Position numbers and translations under genes: made by a program. Of a stretch of DNA of 64,000 nt, positions 53,623-63,756 are shown in pieces (position 1 is the first letter of the stretch; each line of letters begins with the position of its first letter). Source of the DNA: an uncultured Fibrobacteraceae bacterium (lineage in GTDB: Bacteria; Krumholzibacteriota; Krumholzibacteriia; LZORAL124-64-63); the NCBI GenBank assembly GCA_964384055.1, contig CAYLIV010000010.1, forward strand, positions 13,829 to 77,828. Reading direction: 5' to 3'. The notes under the pieces were generated by a model that made no database searches, was not told the origin of the DNA, and saw only the letters and a list, made by a program, of their open reading frames with translations.

Positions 53623-54798
53623 TCAGGCCATGCCCTTCTTTCTGACCAGCGCGATCTCCGCCATGGCCGTGATTGCCGCCTGCACGTGCTGCTCGGTATT
53701 GAAGGGACCGATGCTGAAACGTACCGTTCCCTTGGGTGTGGTGCCGATACCCTCGTGCGCCAGCGGCGCGCAGTGCAAGCCGGTTCGGGTGGCGATATCG
53801 TATTCCGCATCGAGGAACATGCCCGTCTCGCCGGCTTCCATGGTGTCGAGATTGCAGATGATCACGGGTAGATGCCGGTCGCTGTAACCCGAACAGTAGG
53901 TGTCCAGGCCGTCGATCTCCCGCAGGCCCTCGATGAGTTGTCGGGCCAGCGTCATCTCATGGGAGCGAATGGTGGGCAGCGTCTGCTCTTCGACCCAGGT
54001 GATTCCGGCGAGCAGGCCCGCGATCCCGATGGTGTTGGCGGTGCCGACCTCGGTGCGGAAGGGAAACTCGTCGAGATGGGTGCGCACGGCAGACTTGACA
54101 CCCGTGCCGCCCCAGCGCGTCGAGCGGATGGGGACGTCCGGACCGATGCACATGCCGCCGATGCCGGTCGGTCCCATCAGTGATTTGTGCCCGGTAAAGG
54201 CCACCACGTCGACGCACATGGCTTCCATGTCGATGGGCAGCATACCCGCAGTCTGCGCCGCGTCGATGACGAAGAGCACGCCCTTTTCGCGGCAAATACG
54301 ACCGATCTCGGTCACCGGTTGAACCGTCCCCAGTACATTGGATCCGTGATTGACGATGACCAGACGCGTGTTCGAGCGAATCCGCCGCGCGAACTCATCG
54401 GGATCGACGAAACCGTCGGTATCGAAAGGCACCAGCTCGTGCTCGATGATGCCTTCCTGCTCCATGCAATAGAGCGGTCGCAGGACCGAGTTGTGCTCGA
54501 GACACGTGCTGATCACGTGATCTCCCGGCCGGCATATCCCCTGGATGATCATGTTCAGGGCATCGGAGGCGTTGCTGCCGAAGGTCACCCGGTTGAAGTC
54601 GTGAGCCGGATTGTTGAAGAAGGTGTCGAGCGTGCGTCGCGCCTTGTCGACGATCATACCGGCCTCGACCGCCAGGTCGTACCCGGACCGTCCGGGATTG
54701 ACGCCGTAGTTGCGATAGAAGTCGGCCATGGCGTCGATGACCACCGGCGGTTTCGGAAATGCGGTAGCTGCGTTGTCCAGGTAGATCAATTCGGACAT
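53623..54798 (-). CDS. Class V aminotransferase / cysteine desulfurase family protein
   Basis: Cysteine-desulfurase-family N-terminus (LIYLDNAATAFP), a PLP-lysine region (FTGHKSLMGPTGIGGM), and the C-terminal Cys loop (RTGLHCAPLAH). The ATG at 54798 has a GGAG RBS. The ORF call extends to 54840. Confidence 0.8.
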   Translation of the reverse strand: MSELIYLDNAATAFPKPPVVIDAMADFYRNYGVNPGRSGYDLAVEAGMIVDKARRTLDTFFNNPAHDFNRVTFGSNASDALNMIIQGICRPGDHVISTCLEHNSVLRPLYCMEQEGIIEHELVPFDTDGFVDPDEFARRIRSNTRLVIVNHGSNVLGTVQPVTEIGRICREKGVLFVIDAAQTAGMLPIDMEAMCVDVVAFTGHKSLMGPTGIGGMCIGPDVPIRSTRWGGTGVKSAVRTHLDEFPFRTEVGTANTIGIAGLLAGITWVEEQTLPTIRSHEMTLARQLIEGLREIDGLDTYCSGYSDRHLPVIICNLDTMEAGETGMFLDAEYDIATRTGLHCAPLAHEGIGTTPKGTVRFSIGPFNTEQHVQAAITAMAEIALVRKKGMA

Positions 54799-55086
54799 GA
54801 TCGCTCCTAGCTTGCTGGGAATGTGCCAGTTAAGCCTCAAGGCAAGGATCGGTCAAATATGGTCGGTCGCCTGACGCATGGCAAGCCGGCAAGCCGGAGG
54901 CGATTCGTACCGACCGTGTTGATCTTGCCATTGTCGCGCTTTGCCGCTAGGCTCTGTCAGGAGAGCCTCGGACCGGGCGAGGCGTACATCGCGAATGGAG
55001 TGTCTCGGTGACAGGGCCCGGTATCGGTGACGGTCGGGCATGGTTTCAAACCATGTGACACACTGTTTTCAGTCAGGGAGGAAACC

Positions 55087-55752
55087 ATGAACAGGCACTA
55101 TCCTGCCCCCCTCAACCGACGCTGCTTCGCGGTTCATCTCGTCATTGCACCGCTGGTCATGCTGTGTACGGTGGCGTTTATCGGCTGTGGTGGCAACGAG
55201 GACGCGGGTGAGCGCGACAGCCGCTACTCCGGTTCCATGCTGCCCGAGTCAGTCAGCAGTCAGCTCGCCGATTCGCTGGCGGTGTCCGATGCCGCGACGC
55301 TGCGCGAACAGGAAGGACGGCCGGGAGGCGAGCAAACGCCGCCGGTGTCGTCGGCAGCGGCGTCCGGACAGCCGTCGGAGCAACAGCCCGCTACGGGCGC
55401 ACCTGCCGAGGAGTCAGCGTCCGCGATGACCGATGCGGTGACGCCGGAACAAGCGGCCCGATCGGCCCGATCGACCGGCGAGGCACCGCGATCGCAGGCC
55501 AAATCGTCTGCTCGGGAGTACGGCCCCTACTACCTGCAGATCGGAGCTTTCCGAAGTCCGGACAACGCGCAGCGACGCGTGGCACAGCTCGCGCAGTCCG
55601 GCGTGCAGGCGCAGATCGTGGAGGCGATATCCGACGGCGAGCGGTTTTACCGCGTCTACGTGACCGGTCTACCCGATGAGTACGAGGCGCAGCGACTCGG
55701 TGAGCGACTGCAGGACGAACACGGTTTTACCTATCTGGTTCGCGAGCAATAG
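55087..55752 (+). CDS. SPOR-domain lipoprotein
   Basis: Signal/lipobox (LCTVAFIGCGG), a low-complexity Ser/Ala/Pro/Gln linker, and a C-terminal SPOR-like domain (YYLQIGAFRSPDNAQRRVAQLAQSGVQAQI...RFYRVYVTGL). AGGGAGGA RBS. Confidence 0.7.
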   Translation: MNRHYPAPLNRRCFAVHLVIAPLVMLCTVAFIGCGGNEDAGERDSRYSGSMLPESVSSQLADSLAVSDAATLREQEGRPGGEQTPPVSSAAASGQPSEQQPATGAPAEESASAMTDAVTPEQAARSARSTGEAPRSQAKSSAREYGPYYLQIGAFRSPDNAQRRVAQLAQSGVQAQIVEAISDGERFYRVYVTGLPDEYEAQRLGERLQDEHGFTYLVREQ

Positions 55753-55794
55753 CGCGGGCGTGATCGACGCGACAACTGGACAGCAGGAGGAAGA

Positions 55795-56676
55795 ATGCGC
55801 GCAAGGGGGCTTGTCCCGTCGTCACCGGTGATGCAACCGGTGTCGCGACCCGGATCACGATCGGTAGCAAAAACCAGTTCGCGTCGACGATCGATGCGCG
55901 TTGCGAGCTGTCGGCGTCGCGGCAGGCGCGGCCTGGCCGGCGCCGCGGGATTGACCCTGGTCTGTCTGCTCGGCGGTATCGCGCCCGCTGACGGCGCAGA
56001 GGTGTCCGAGCTGTTCGCTCGCCTCCAGACGGCCGCGGGCGACATCACCGTGGTCTTCTTTCCCGAACTGGCGCCTCATCACGTGGACAACTTCGTCCAT
56101 CTGGCGCGAACCGGCTTTTTCGACGGGACGGCGTTCCATCGTGCCGCGCCGGGTTTCGTGATCCAGGGGGGTGATCCCAACTCGACGGACGGCGATCCCG
56201 ATAACGACGGCATGGGCGCGCCGACGGTGGCGGACGTGTTGATGCCGGCCGAGCAGGAAATGCTGGCGCAGATCAATGCTGCCCTCGGCGATCGGGGCTA
56301 CGAGCCGGTGGGCGGCCGGATCGGTCTGAAGGCGGAGTTTTCCGACACGGAGGCGCATGTCCGGGGCACCCTGTCCATGGCGCGGGGGCGTGGTCCGCAT
56401 ACTGCCGGCAGCCAGTTCTTCATCTGCGTCGCGGATACCCCGCAACTCGACGGTAAGTACAGCATATTCGGTCGGGTGCTGACGGGCATGGATATCGTGG
56501 ACCGAATCGTCGCGGCGGAAAAGGCGCCGGGGCAGGCGCAGCGGCCACTGCAGCCGGTGCGCCTCGTTTCGGTCGAGGTCTTCAGCGGTCGTACCGGCCT
56601 GAGCGAATTGGAAGCGGCGGCGTACAACGAAATGCTGACCGCACCCGCGGCCGACGACGCTACGGTAACGCGCTAG
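55795..56676 (+). CDS. Cyclophilin-type peptidyl-prolyl cis-trans isomerase, secreted, with an internal insertion
   Basis: Cyclophilin motifs (FHRAAPGFVIQGGDP; GTLSMARGRGPHTAGSQFFICV; KYSIFGRVLTGMDIVDRI). The start is uncertain: the Arg-rich N-terminus with a hydrophobic stretch suggests the signal peptide begins near M at 55894. Confidence 0.8.
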   Translation: MRARGLVPSSPVMQPVSRPGSRSVAKTSSRRRSMRVASCRRRGRRGLAGAAGLTLVCLLGGIAPADGAEVSELFARLQTAAGDITVVFFPELAPHHVDNFVHLARTGFFDGTAFHRAAPGFVIQGGDPNSTDGDPDNDGMGAPTVADVLMPAEQEMLAQINAALGDRGYEPVGGRIGLKAEFSDTEAHVRGTLSMARGRGPHTAGSQFFICVADTPQLDGKYSIFGRVLTGMDIVDRIVAAEKAPGQAQRPLQPVRLVSVEVFSGRTGLSELEAAAYNEMLTAPAADDATVTR

Positions 56677-56784
56677 ATCGGACCCGAGCCGCCGGCTGCG
56701 CGGCCAGCCGTGGCGTCGGCCGTATCCATCGCCCGGGTGGTATCCGTTGCGGCGTATCAGCAGCCGCGAGGCGGTGCGGTCAGG

Positions 56785-59154
56785 CTAGTCACCGTTGCTG
56801 TCGTGACCCGCGGGCGCATCGCGGTCGCGTAGGTCCGCCAGCAAACGGTCGGCGGTGCGCGCGATGTCGCTCCCGGCGGGCGCGCGCGCCAGCAGATCGT
56901 GCAGCACCGACCGGGCGGTCGCCCGATCTCCGGCGGCGAGCAATACCCGGGCCTCTTCCAGTGTCAGCACCAGGGTAGGTTGATTCCGCCGTGCGAGTAC
57001 GCGTACCGAGTTGCGCAGCGCGGCCAGGGCCGCGTCGAAGGCACCGAGCTCGCTGGCGGCGCGACTGTAGAGCAGGCACGCGGGCGTCTCGTCGGGCCGC
57101 ATGGCCAGCACCACTGCCGCGAGGTGGCGGCAGGCGGCGTAGTGACCGGACTGGCCGTGAAAATGGGCCAGGCGCATCAGGAAGGGCATCACGAACCTGG
57201 TGAACGGTCGGTCGAGCTGCATCAGCCACGGCGCCGGCCGGCCGTCGGGTTTCGTGACCGCGCCACCGGTGCGCTTGTCGGCCGGGACGAGCAACTCCTC
57301 GAAGCGTTGACGGAATTCGTACGGTATGGCTTCGGCCCACCAGTAAGGCTGCAGGGGCAGAAACTGTCGCACGATGCGCTGCTGCAGGGCAGCGTCGATG
57401 CGGTAGATCGTGATGCTCGGTCCGGCGACGCCGTCGCCTCCGGCAAAGTACTGGACCCGGGTGGCTTCCTTTTCGAGCCAGGCGTAGAAGCTGCACTGCA
57501 CGGGATAGCGGCCGGGATCTTGGCGGTACCGGCGCTGGACGCCGCCGCTGGCCACGAAGTAGTCCACGTCGGCGAGCAAGGCCGGCTCGTAGAACACCCG
57601 GTTGAATTGCGAGGGATGGGCGAAGACCGGCAACCGCTGTGATTGCTGATCTTCGTCGACGACCGTCACGGTGAAGCTGCCGCTGGCAGCCATGGGGATG
57701 GAGACGATGCGAAAGAGCGGTGCCGCGAGGAACCGCTGCCGGGCGGCGGTTCCGGCGGCGCGGAAGGGGGCGCGGTCGACGATCGTGTCCCGATCGAAGT
57801 AGTTCGGCAATTGCACGCCGTAGGTTTCCTGCAGGATGATCTGGTCGGCGCGGCAATGCTGCTCGAGCCAGCGACGCGCCAGCTGACGGGTATTCCTGCT
57901 GCCGACGCCGGCAATCCGGAGACCAGCCGTGGCGACGGGCAGCGCTATCACGCTCGCGAGCACGATCGTGATGGCGAGCCGAACGGTGTTGTGGCGTCGA
58001 AGCGTGGCCCAGGCAATCCGCTCCGGCCAGCGCAACACCAGGTTGGCGAGCAACAGTGCCATCACCGGCAAGATCGGCAGCAGATAGCGCGGCGCCGACA
58101 TCTTGAAAACCGCCAGAGACACTGCCACCGGCAGCAGAAACAGCCACAGGACGTACTGAGGCGAATCGGCGTGCCGCCGCACCCGGTAGCCCGCGACGAC
58201 GAATGCGCCAGCCAGCAAGAGGTTGCCGAGCACACCGAAGTTCTGAATCGCCGTGGCCAGCGCAAATCCGGCACCCGTCCCGTCGAGAGTGCCGAAGTGG
58301 CCCTCGGCCATGTGCCGACGCTCGAAACCGAAATCGTGCCAGAAGGTGTAGAAATCGAGTACCACGTAGGGTGAACTCGCCAGGAAGACCAGCAGGCTCA
58401 GCGCGGCCGCCGCCGGCCACCAGCGCAGACCGCGCCAGCCGTCCCGGCGCCAGAGCACCCAGGCCAGGGGTACGACGAGCAAGCCGGCGTTGTACTTGGT
58501 GCCGGCGGCGAGCCCGGTCAACACGATGACGGCCGCCAGCCGGTGCCTTCCACCATGGCGCAGGTAGGCCGTCAAACGCTCGAGTGTCCACAGGCAGAGG
58601 GCGGTCATGAACGGATCCACATAGATATAGCGCGCGGTGTCGATCTGCGTCGGCGCCAGGGCCACCAGCAGGCCGGCGAGTACGCCCACGCCCGGCCGCA
58701 GGCGCTGGCCGACCACGTAGACAGCGAGCACGGTCGCCAGGTCGGCGGCCACGCCCAGCAAACGCGCCGCCAGCACCGGTAGTGTCGGATCGTGCTGGCA
58801 CAACAACCAGAAATCGGCCGGCGTGCCGAAGCGACCGGTCAGCGATCCCCAGGCGTACACGAACTTCTGCAGCAGCAGATGGCCGTAGATGGCCAGGGAC
58901 GGGTAGTTGAAGAAATGCGGATTGAGATCGGTTCGTCCGGTTTCCCAGCCCCACATGCGCAAGGCGGTCCGGAAGGGAATGGCTTCCTCGAAAAAATCCG
59001 GCAAGCCGTGCCCGATGTGCCACAGGCGCAGCACCGCCGCCAGCGCGAGCAGGACGGCGGGCACCAGGTACGGCCGTCCCGCGGCGGGGAAGGGGACGGC
59101 TTGACGGCTGGGTGCTTCGGCAGTTAGCATCGGCGTTTGTCCTGTGGATTTCAT
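56785..59154 (-). CDS. GT-C-fold glycosyltransferase (family 39/83, PMT/ArnT-like) with a C-terminal TPR-like domain
   Basis: About 500-aa N-terminal polytopic region typical of PMT_2/ArnT-like enzymes, followed by a soluble alpha-helical TPR-like C-terminus. Confidence 0.6.
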   Translation of the reverse strand: MKSTGQTPMLTAEAPSRQAVPFPAAGRPYLVPAVLLALAAVLRLWHIGHGLPDFFEEAIPFRTALRMWGWETGRTDLNPHFFNYPSLAIYGHLLLQKFVYAWGSLTGRFGTPADFWLLCQHDPTLPVLAARLLGVAADLATVLAVYVVGQRLRPGVGVLAGLLVALAPTQIDTARYIYVDPFMTALCLWTLERLTAYLRHGGRHRLAAVIVLTGLAAGTKYNAGLLVVPLAWVLWRRDGWRGLRWWPAAAALSLLVFLASSPYVVLDFYTFWHDFGFERRHMAEGHFGTLDGTGAGFALATAIQNFGVLGNLLLAGAFVVAGYRVRRHADSPQYVLWLFLLPVAVSLAVFKMSAPRYLLPILPVMALLLANLVLRWPERIAWATLRRHNTVRLAITIVLASVIALPVATAGLRIAGVGSRNTRQLARRWLEQHCRADQIILQETYGVQLPNYFDRDTIVDRAPFRAAGTAARQRFLAAPLFRIVSIPMAASGSFTVTVVDEDQQSQRLPVFAHPSQFNRVFYEPALLADVDYFVASGGVQRRYRQDPGRYPVQCSFYAWLEKEATRVQYFAGGDGVAGPSITIYRIDAALQQRIVRQFLPLQPYWWAEAIPYEFRQRFEELLVPADKRTGGAVTKPDGRPAPWLMQLDRPFTRFVMPFLMRLAHFHGQSGHYAACRHLAAVVLAMRPDETPACLLYSRAASELGAFDAALAALRNSVRVLARRNQPTLVLTLEEARVLLAAGDRATARSVLHDLLARAPAGSDIARTADRLLADLRDRDAPAGHDSNGD

Positions 59155-59177
59155 CTCGGCGTCACCGGAAAGTTACC

Positions 59178-62111
59178 ATGACTCGACCAGCAGCAGACGC
59201 GGACTCGGCATACGACGCGCGAAACGACCTTCCGACCGGTAGCACCGGCACGGCCGACGACGCCGGCGGCCCGGCGAACCGGACACACGGTTCGATCGTC
59301 GTCAAGGGCGCGCGCGTCCACAATCTCGACAATCTCGATCTCGAGTTGCCGCGCCGCCGGCTGGTCGTGGTGACCGGGCCGAGCGGTTCGGGCAAGTCGT
59401 CGCTGGCCTTCGATACCCTATACGCCGAAGGTCAGCGACGCTACATCGAAAGTCTATCGAGTTACGCGCACCAGTTTCTCGACCAGCTGCCCAAACCCGA
59501 CGTCGACCGCATCGAAGGGCTTTCGCCGGCACTGGCCATCAACCAGAAGGGACTGGGCTCCAGCCCGCGCTCGACGGTCGGCACCATCACGGAGATCTAC
59601 AATTTTCTGCGGCTGCTGTACAGCCGTTGCGCGGTGCCGGTGTGCCCCGACTGTGCACTGTCGGCGACCGGCCGGCCCCTGTCCGACATCGAGGACGAGA
59701 TCGCCGCGTTGCCGTCGGGGTCGCGTTTCTACCTGCTGGCGCCGGTGGTCCAGGGACGCAAGGGCGGTCACAAGAAACTGCTCGCCGATCTGGGTCATCA
59801 AGGTTTTCTGCGGGTGCTGGTCGACGGCGAGTTGCGCGAGCTCGATGCGGGTGTCGAGCTGAACAAGAATCAGCGCCATGACATCGCGGTGGTCATCGAC
59901 GGGCTGATCAGCAAACCCGGCATACGCAACCGCCTGCGCGCCTCCCTCGAACGGGCGTCCGGACTCGCCGACGGCTCGGTGGTCGTCTGGCGGGAGGGCC
60001 AGCAGACACTGTACAACCGCCGGTCGTCGTGTCCGGGCTGCGGCAACAGTTTTGTCGAGCCGGATCCGCGTCTGTTCTCTTTCAATTCGCCGGCCGGATC
60101 GTGCGGTGAGTGCAACGGCCTGGGTACGCTGCGCGCCATCCCGGCGGCGAACCTGGTGCCGGATCCGTCGCTGAGCATTCGCGACGGCGCCATCGAATTT
60201 CTGCGCGGCAAGGAGACCAGCTGGCTCTTCACCCAGATCGAGGCGCTGGCCGGCGCGTTCGGTTTTTCCCTCGACACTCCCTTCAGCGAACTGCCTGCTG
60301 AAGTGGGGGAGATACTCGCCCACGGTCTGACGGAGGAGGCGGACGCGAGCCTGCGGGATCACGACCACTACCAGGCCTTTCTGCGCGGCTGGGGCGGACT
60401 GATACCGGAACTGATTCAGCGGCATCGCGAGACCAAATCGGAAAAGATCCGCGCCAGTATTGAGCGGATGATGACCAGTCAGCACTGTCCGGCCTGCGGG
60501 GGCTATCGGCTGCGGGCGGAAGCTCTGGCCTTCAGCATCGACGGCCGCCACATCGGCGAGGTTTCCGAGCTGGCGTTGTCCGATCTGCTCGACTGGTGTC
60601 GGAGTCTGAAATTTACAGCGGAACGGGAGCGCTTGGTCGCGACGCCGATTCTCGAACAGATCGTGCAGCGCCTCTATTTCCTGGTCGAGGTGGGCGTCGG
60701 TTATCTTGGCCTCTCGCGCACCACGCGCAGCCTGTCCGGGGGCGAAGGCCAGCGAGTGCGGTTGGCGACCCAGGTGGGATCGCGCCTGACCGGCGTGCTC
60801 TACATCCTCGACGAGCCGAGCGTGGGGCTGCACCACCGGGACATTCACCGGCTGATCGGTACCCTCGAGGCCTTGCGGGACCGGGGCAACAGCGTGGTCG
60901 TGGTCGAGCACGACCGGGAGATCATGCTGGCGGCCGATCACATTCTCGATCTCGGTCCGGGCGCCGGCGAACAGGGCGGGAGGATCGTGGCCCAGGGTAC
61001 GGTGCCGGAGGTGACCGCAGTGGCCGAGAGTCCGACCGGCGACCTGCTGGCAGGGCGGCTGGGCGGCAGCGGGCCCGCGCCGTTGACCGCGGATCGGGCG
61101 GCCACCGGGTGGTTGCGCATGGCAGGGCTGTGCGGCCGCAATCTACAGGATATCAGCCTGGCCGTGCCGCTCGGCAAGCTGACGGTGGTGACCGGCGTCT
61201 CGGGCTCGGGGAAAAGCACGGCGATCCATGACACCCTCTACCGGGCCCTGGCGACCCGGCTGCACCGCGCTCGCGATCGGGCCGAATCCTACCGGTCCTT
61301 GACCGGCGAGGAAACACTCACCGGCGTTGTGCTGGTCGATCAGTCGCCCATCGGCCGCTCGCCCCGTTCGACACCGGCGACCTATACGGGGCTTTTCAAT
61401 CAGATCCGCAAGATCTTCGCCTCGACGACGCTGGCCAAGGTGCGCGGCTACAAGGCGGGGCGGTTCAGCTTCAACACCGCCGGCGGACGCTGTCCCGTGT
61501 GCGAGGGCGCCGGCCGGCGCCGGTTGACCATGGACTTTCTGCCCGACGTGGAAGTGCTGTGCGAGGAATGCGGCGGCCGGCGCTTCGACCGCGAAACCCT
61601 GGAGGTGCACTTCAAGGGGCGGAACATCGCCGAGCTGCTCGATATGACCGTCAGCGAAGCGCGCGAATACCTGGAGCATATCCCGGCCTGCGTGAAGATC
61701 CTGGACGTGTTGCTCGGCGTGGGACTGGGCTACCTGCGGCTCGGACAGTCGGGGGCCACCCTGAGCGGCGGCGAGGCCCAGCGGATCAAACTGGTCAAGG
61801 AACTCGCCCGCGGCGGTGCGCGCCACACGCTCTACATCCTCGACGAGCCCACCACCGGCCTGCACTTCTGTGATGTGGACCGCCTGTTGACCGTGCTCGG
61901 CGGATTGATCGAGCGGGGTAACAGCGTGGTGGTGATCGAGCATCATCCCGAGGTGATCCGCCGTGCTGATCACGTGATCGATCTCGGACCCGAGGGCGGT
62001 GGCGATGGCGGTCGGGTCGTCGGCAGCGGCACCCTCGCCGACATCATGGCCGTCGAAGCGTCGTTCACCGGAGCCATGTTGCGCGATCTGTTTTCACCCG
62101 GGGAACGTTGA
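59178..62111 (+). CDS. uvrA: Excinuclease ABC subunit A
   Basis: Two ABC ATPase modules ([23 protein letters not shown]; [10 protein letters not shown]) and zinc-finger Cys clusters over a 978-aa full-length match. About 30-aa N-terminal extension. Only ATG 59178 or TTG 59112 are available in frame. Confidence 0.97.
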   Translation: MTRPAADADSAYDARNDLPTGSTGTADDAGGPANRTHGSIVVKGARVHNLDNLDLELPRRRLVVVTGPSGSGKSSLAFDTLYAEGQRRYIESLSSYAHQFLDQLPKPDVDRIEGLSPALAINQKGLGSSPRSTVGTITEIYNFLRLLYSRCAVPVCPDCALSATGRPLSDIEDEIAALPSGSRFYLLAPVVQGRKGGHKKLLADLGHQGFLRVLVDGELRELDAGVELNKNQRHDIAVVIDGLISKPGIRNRLRASLERASGLADGSVVVWREGQQTLYNRRSSCPGCGNSFVEPDPRLFSFNSPAGSCGECNGLGTLRAIPAANLVPDPSLSIRDGAIEFLRGKETSWLFTQIEALAGAFGFSLDTPFSELPAEVGEILAHGLTEEADASLRDHDHYQAFLRGWGGLIPELIQRHRETKSEKIRASIERMMTSQHCPACGGYRLRAEALAFSIDGRHIGEVSELALSDLLDWCRSLKFTAERERLVATPILEQIVQRLYFLVEVGVGYLGLSRTTRSLSGGEGQRVRLATQVGSRLTGVLYILDEPSVGLHHRDIHRLIGTLEALRDRGNSVVVVEHDREIMLAADHILDLGPGAGEQGGRIVAQGTVPEVTAVAESPTGDLLAGRLGGSGPAPLTADRAATGWLRMAGLCGRNLQDISLAVPLGKLTVVTGVSGSGKSTAIHDTLYRALATRLHRARDRAESYRSLTGEETLTGVVLVDQSPIGRSPRSTPATYTGLFNQIRKIFASTTLAKVRGYKAGRFSFNTAGGRCPVCEGAGRRRLTMDFLPDVEVLCEECGGRRFDRETLEVHFKGRNIAELLDMTVSEAREYLEHIPACVKILDVLLGVGLGYLRLGQSGATLSGGEAQRIKLVKELARGGARHTLYILDEPTTGLHFCDVDRLLTVLGGLIERGNSVVVIEHHPEVIRRADHVIDLGPEGGGDGGRVVGSGTLADIMAVEASFTGAMLRDLFSPGER

Positions 62112-62194
62112 ATCCCGGCTTGGCGATTCCCCCTGACCGGTTTAGATTAGTGCCCGGAATCGTCCGCACATCCCGTTGTCACAGGAGAAGGGTA

Positions 62195-63343
62195 TTGAAA
62201 GACACACCGGAGCTGCTCAGCACTCCCCTGACCGACTGGCACCGACAGCACGGTGGGCGGCTGGTGCCCTTCGCCGGTTTCGAGATGCCGGTCCAGTACA
62301 CGAGTGTTCTGGCCGAGCACGCAACCGTGCGCGACCAGGTCGGTCTGTTCGACATAACCCACATGGGGGAGATTCGCGTCACCGGCGCCGACGCCGGCGC
62401 CTGGCTCGACAGTCTGGTCACCAACAAGGTGGCAGCGATCAAATCCGGCCGGGCCGTCTACAACGCCATGTGCCGCGAGGACGGCGGCGTGCTCGACGAC
62501 ATGCTGATCTATCGCCTTGCCGAACATGAATACTACGTGGTCTGCAACGCCAGCAACCAGAGCAAGATCGTGACCTGGCTCGGCGAGCACCTGCCCGCCG
62601 CCGGCGTGACCATGCAGGACGAAAGCTACGAGACCGCGCTGATTGCCGTGCAAGGTCCCGAAGCGCGGACCTTGCTGACCCGGATCGACGCCTTTGCCGC
62701 CCATACCGAAACCATGGCGGACTTGAAATTCTACAGCGCGTTCGCCCTGGATGTGGACGAAAAGCAATGGCTCGTCTCGCGGACCGGTTACACGGGCGAA
62801 CTGGGTTTCGAAATCTATCTGCCCAACGCCGCCGCCCTGCCGCTGTGGGAAGAACTGCTGACCAAGGGTGAGGACCTCGGCGCGGCGCCGATCGGTCTGG
62901 CCGCGCGCGACACCCTGCGCTTCGAGCTCGCCTACTGCCTATACGGCCACGAGCTGTCGGAAGACGTCACGCCGCTGGAGGCCGGTATCGGCTGGGCGGT
63001 GAAGCTGAAGAAAGAATCGTTCGTGGGTCGCGACGCGCTCGTCAGGCAAAAGGCCGAGGGCGTACCGCGAAAATTGATCGGCATCGCCGTGACGGGCAAG
63101 GCCATCGCGCGGCAGGGGGCTGTCGTGCGCCACGCCGGCCGCGACGTGGGCCGGGTCACCAGCGGTACCTACAGCCCGACACGCAAGCAATCCCTGGCCC
63201 TGGCCCTGGTCGCCGCGGATGTGGCCGCCGACGAGCTGACCGTTGCCATCCGTGACCGGGAGTTTCCCTGTACGACCGTCCCTATTCCCTTCCTAACTGC
63301 CCGGGTCAAGGGTGATCCGCGGGCGAAACGCGACCTGTCCTAG
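62195..63343 (+). CDS. gcvT: Glycine cleavage system T protein (aminomethyltransferase)
   Basis: GcvT N-terminus (TPLTDWHRQHGGRLVPFAGFEMPVQYTSVLAEHATVRDQVGLFDITHMGEI). TTG 62195 after a GGAGAAGG RBS is preferred over the upstream-extended ORF call at 62108. Confidence 0.93.
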   Translation: MKDTPELLSTPLTDWHRQHGGRLVPFAGFEMPVQYTSVLAEHATVRDQVGLFDITHMGEIRVTGADAGAWLDSLVTNKVAAIKSGRAVYNAMCREDGGVLDDMLIYRLAEHEYYVVCNASNQSKIVTWLGEHLPAAGVTMQDESYETALIAVQGPEARTLLTRIDAFAAHTETMADLKFYSAFALDVDEKQWLVSRTGYTGELGFEIYLPNAAALPLWEELLTKGEDLGAAPIGLAARDTLRFELAYCLYGHELSEDVTPLEAGIGWAVKLKKESFVGRDALVRQKAEGVPRKLIGIAVTGKAIARQGAVVRHAGRDVGRVTSGTYSPTRKQSLALALVAADVAADELTVAIRDREFPCTTVPIPFLTARVKGDPRAKRDLS

Positions 63344-63371
63344 CACAGGCGACAACGAGCAGGAGACAGAC

Positions 63372-63749
63372 ATGGTACCTGACGACCGCAAGTATTCCCA
63401 AGAGCACGAGTGGATTCAGGTCGATGGCGACATCGGCACCGTGGGTGTCACCGAATACGCCGCCAATGAACTGGGCGACGTCGTGTTTGTCGAGTTGCCC
63501 GAGGTGGGCGCCGAGTTCAATCTGGGCGATTCCATCGGCACCATCGAATCGGTCAAGGCCGTGGCCGATCTCTACCTGCCGATTTCGGGCGAGATCGTCG
63601 CGGTGAACGACGCTGTTGTCGACAGTCCCGAACTGGTCAACAGCGATCCCGTCGAGGACGGCTGGCTGGTGAAGGTAAAGCTCTCCGAACCGGACGAGGT
63701 GGAGCGCCTGATGTCGGCCGCCGACTACGAAGCGTTGCTGGGAGGCTGA
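63372..63749 (+). CDS. gcvH: Glycine cleavage system H protein
   Basis: Lipoyl-lysine motif (IESVKAVADLY) and the GcvH N-terminus (YSQEHEWI). ATG 63372 after an AGGAGACAGAC RBS. Confidence 0.95.
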   Translation: MVPDDRKYSQEHEWIQVDGDIGTVGVTEYAANELGDVVFVELPEVGAEFNLGDSIGTIESVKAVADLYLPISGEIVAVNDAVVDSPELVNSDPVEDGWLVKVKLSEPDEVERLMSAADYEALLGG

Positions 63750-63756
63750 GTCGACG

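Noticed and set aside
62112-62194. Possible glycine riboswitch upstream of gcvT
   Set aside because: Only about 85 nt separate uvrA and gcvT. That is too short for a tandem glycine aptamer, and the conserved ACCGAAGGGGCAA-type core is not present.
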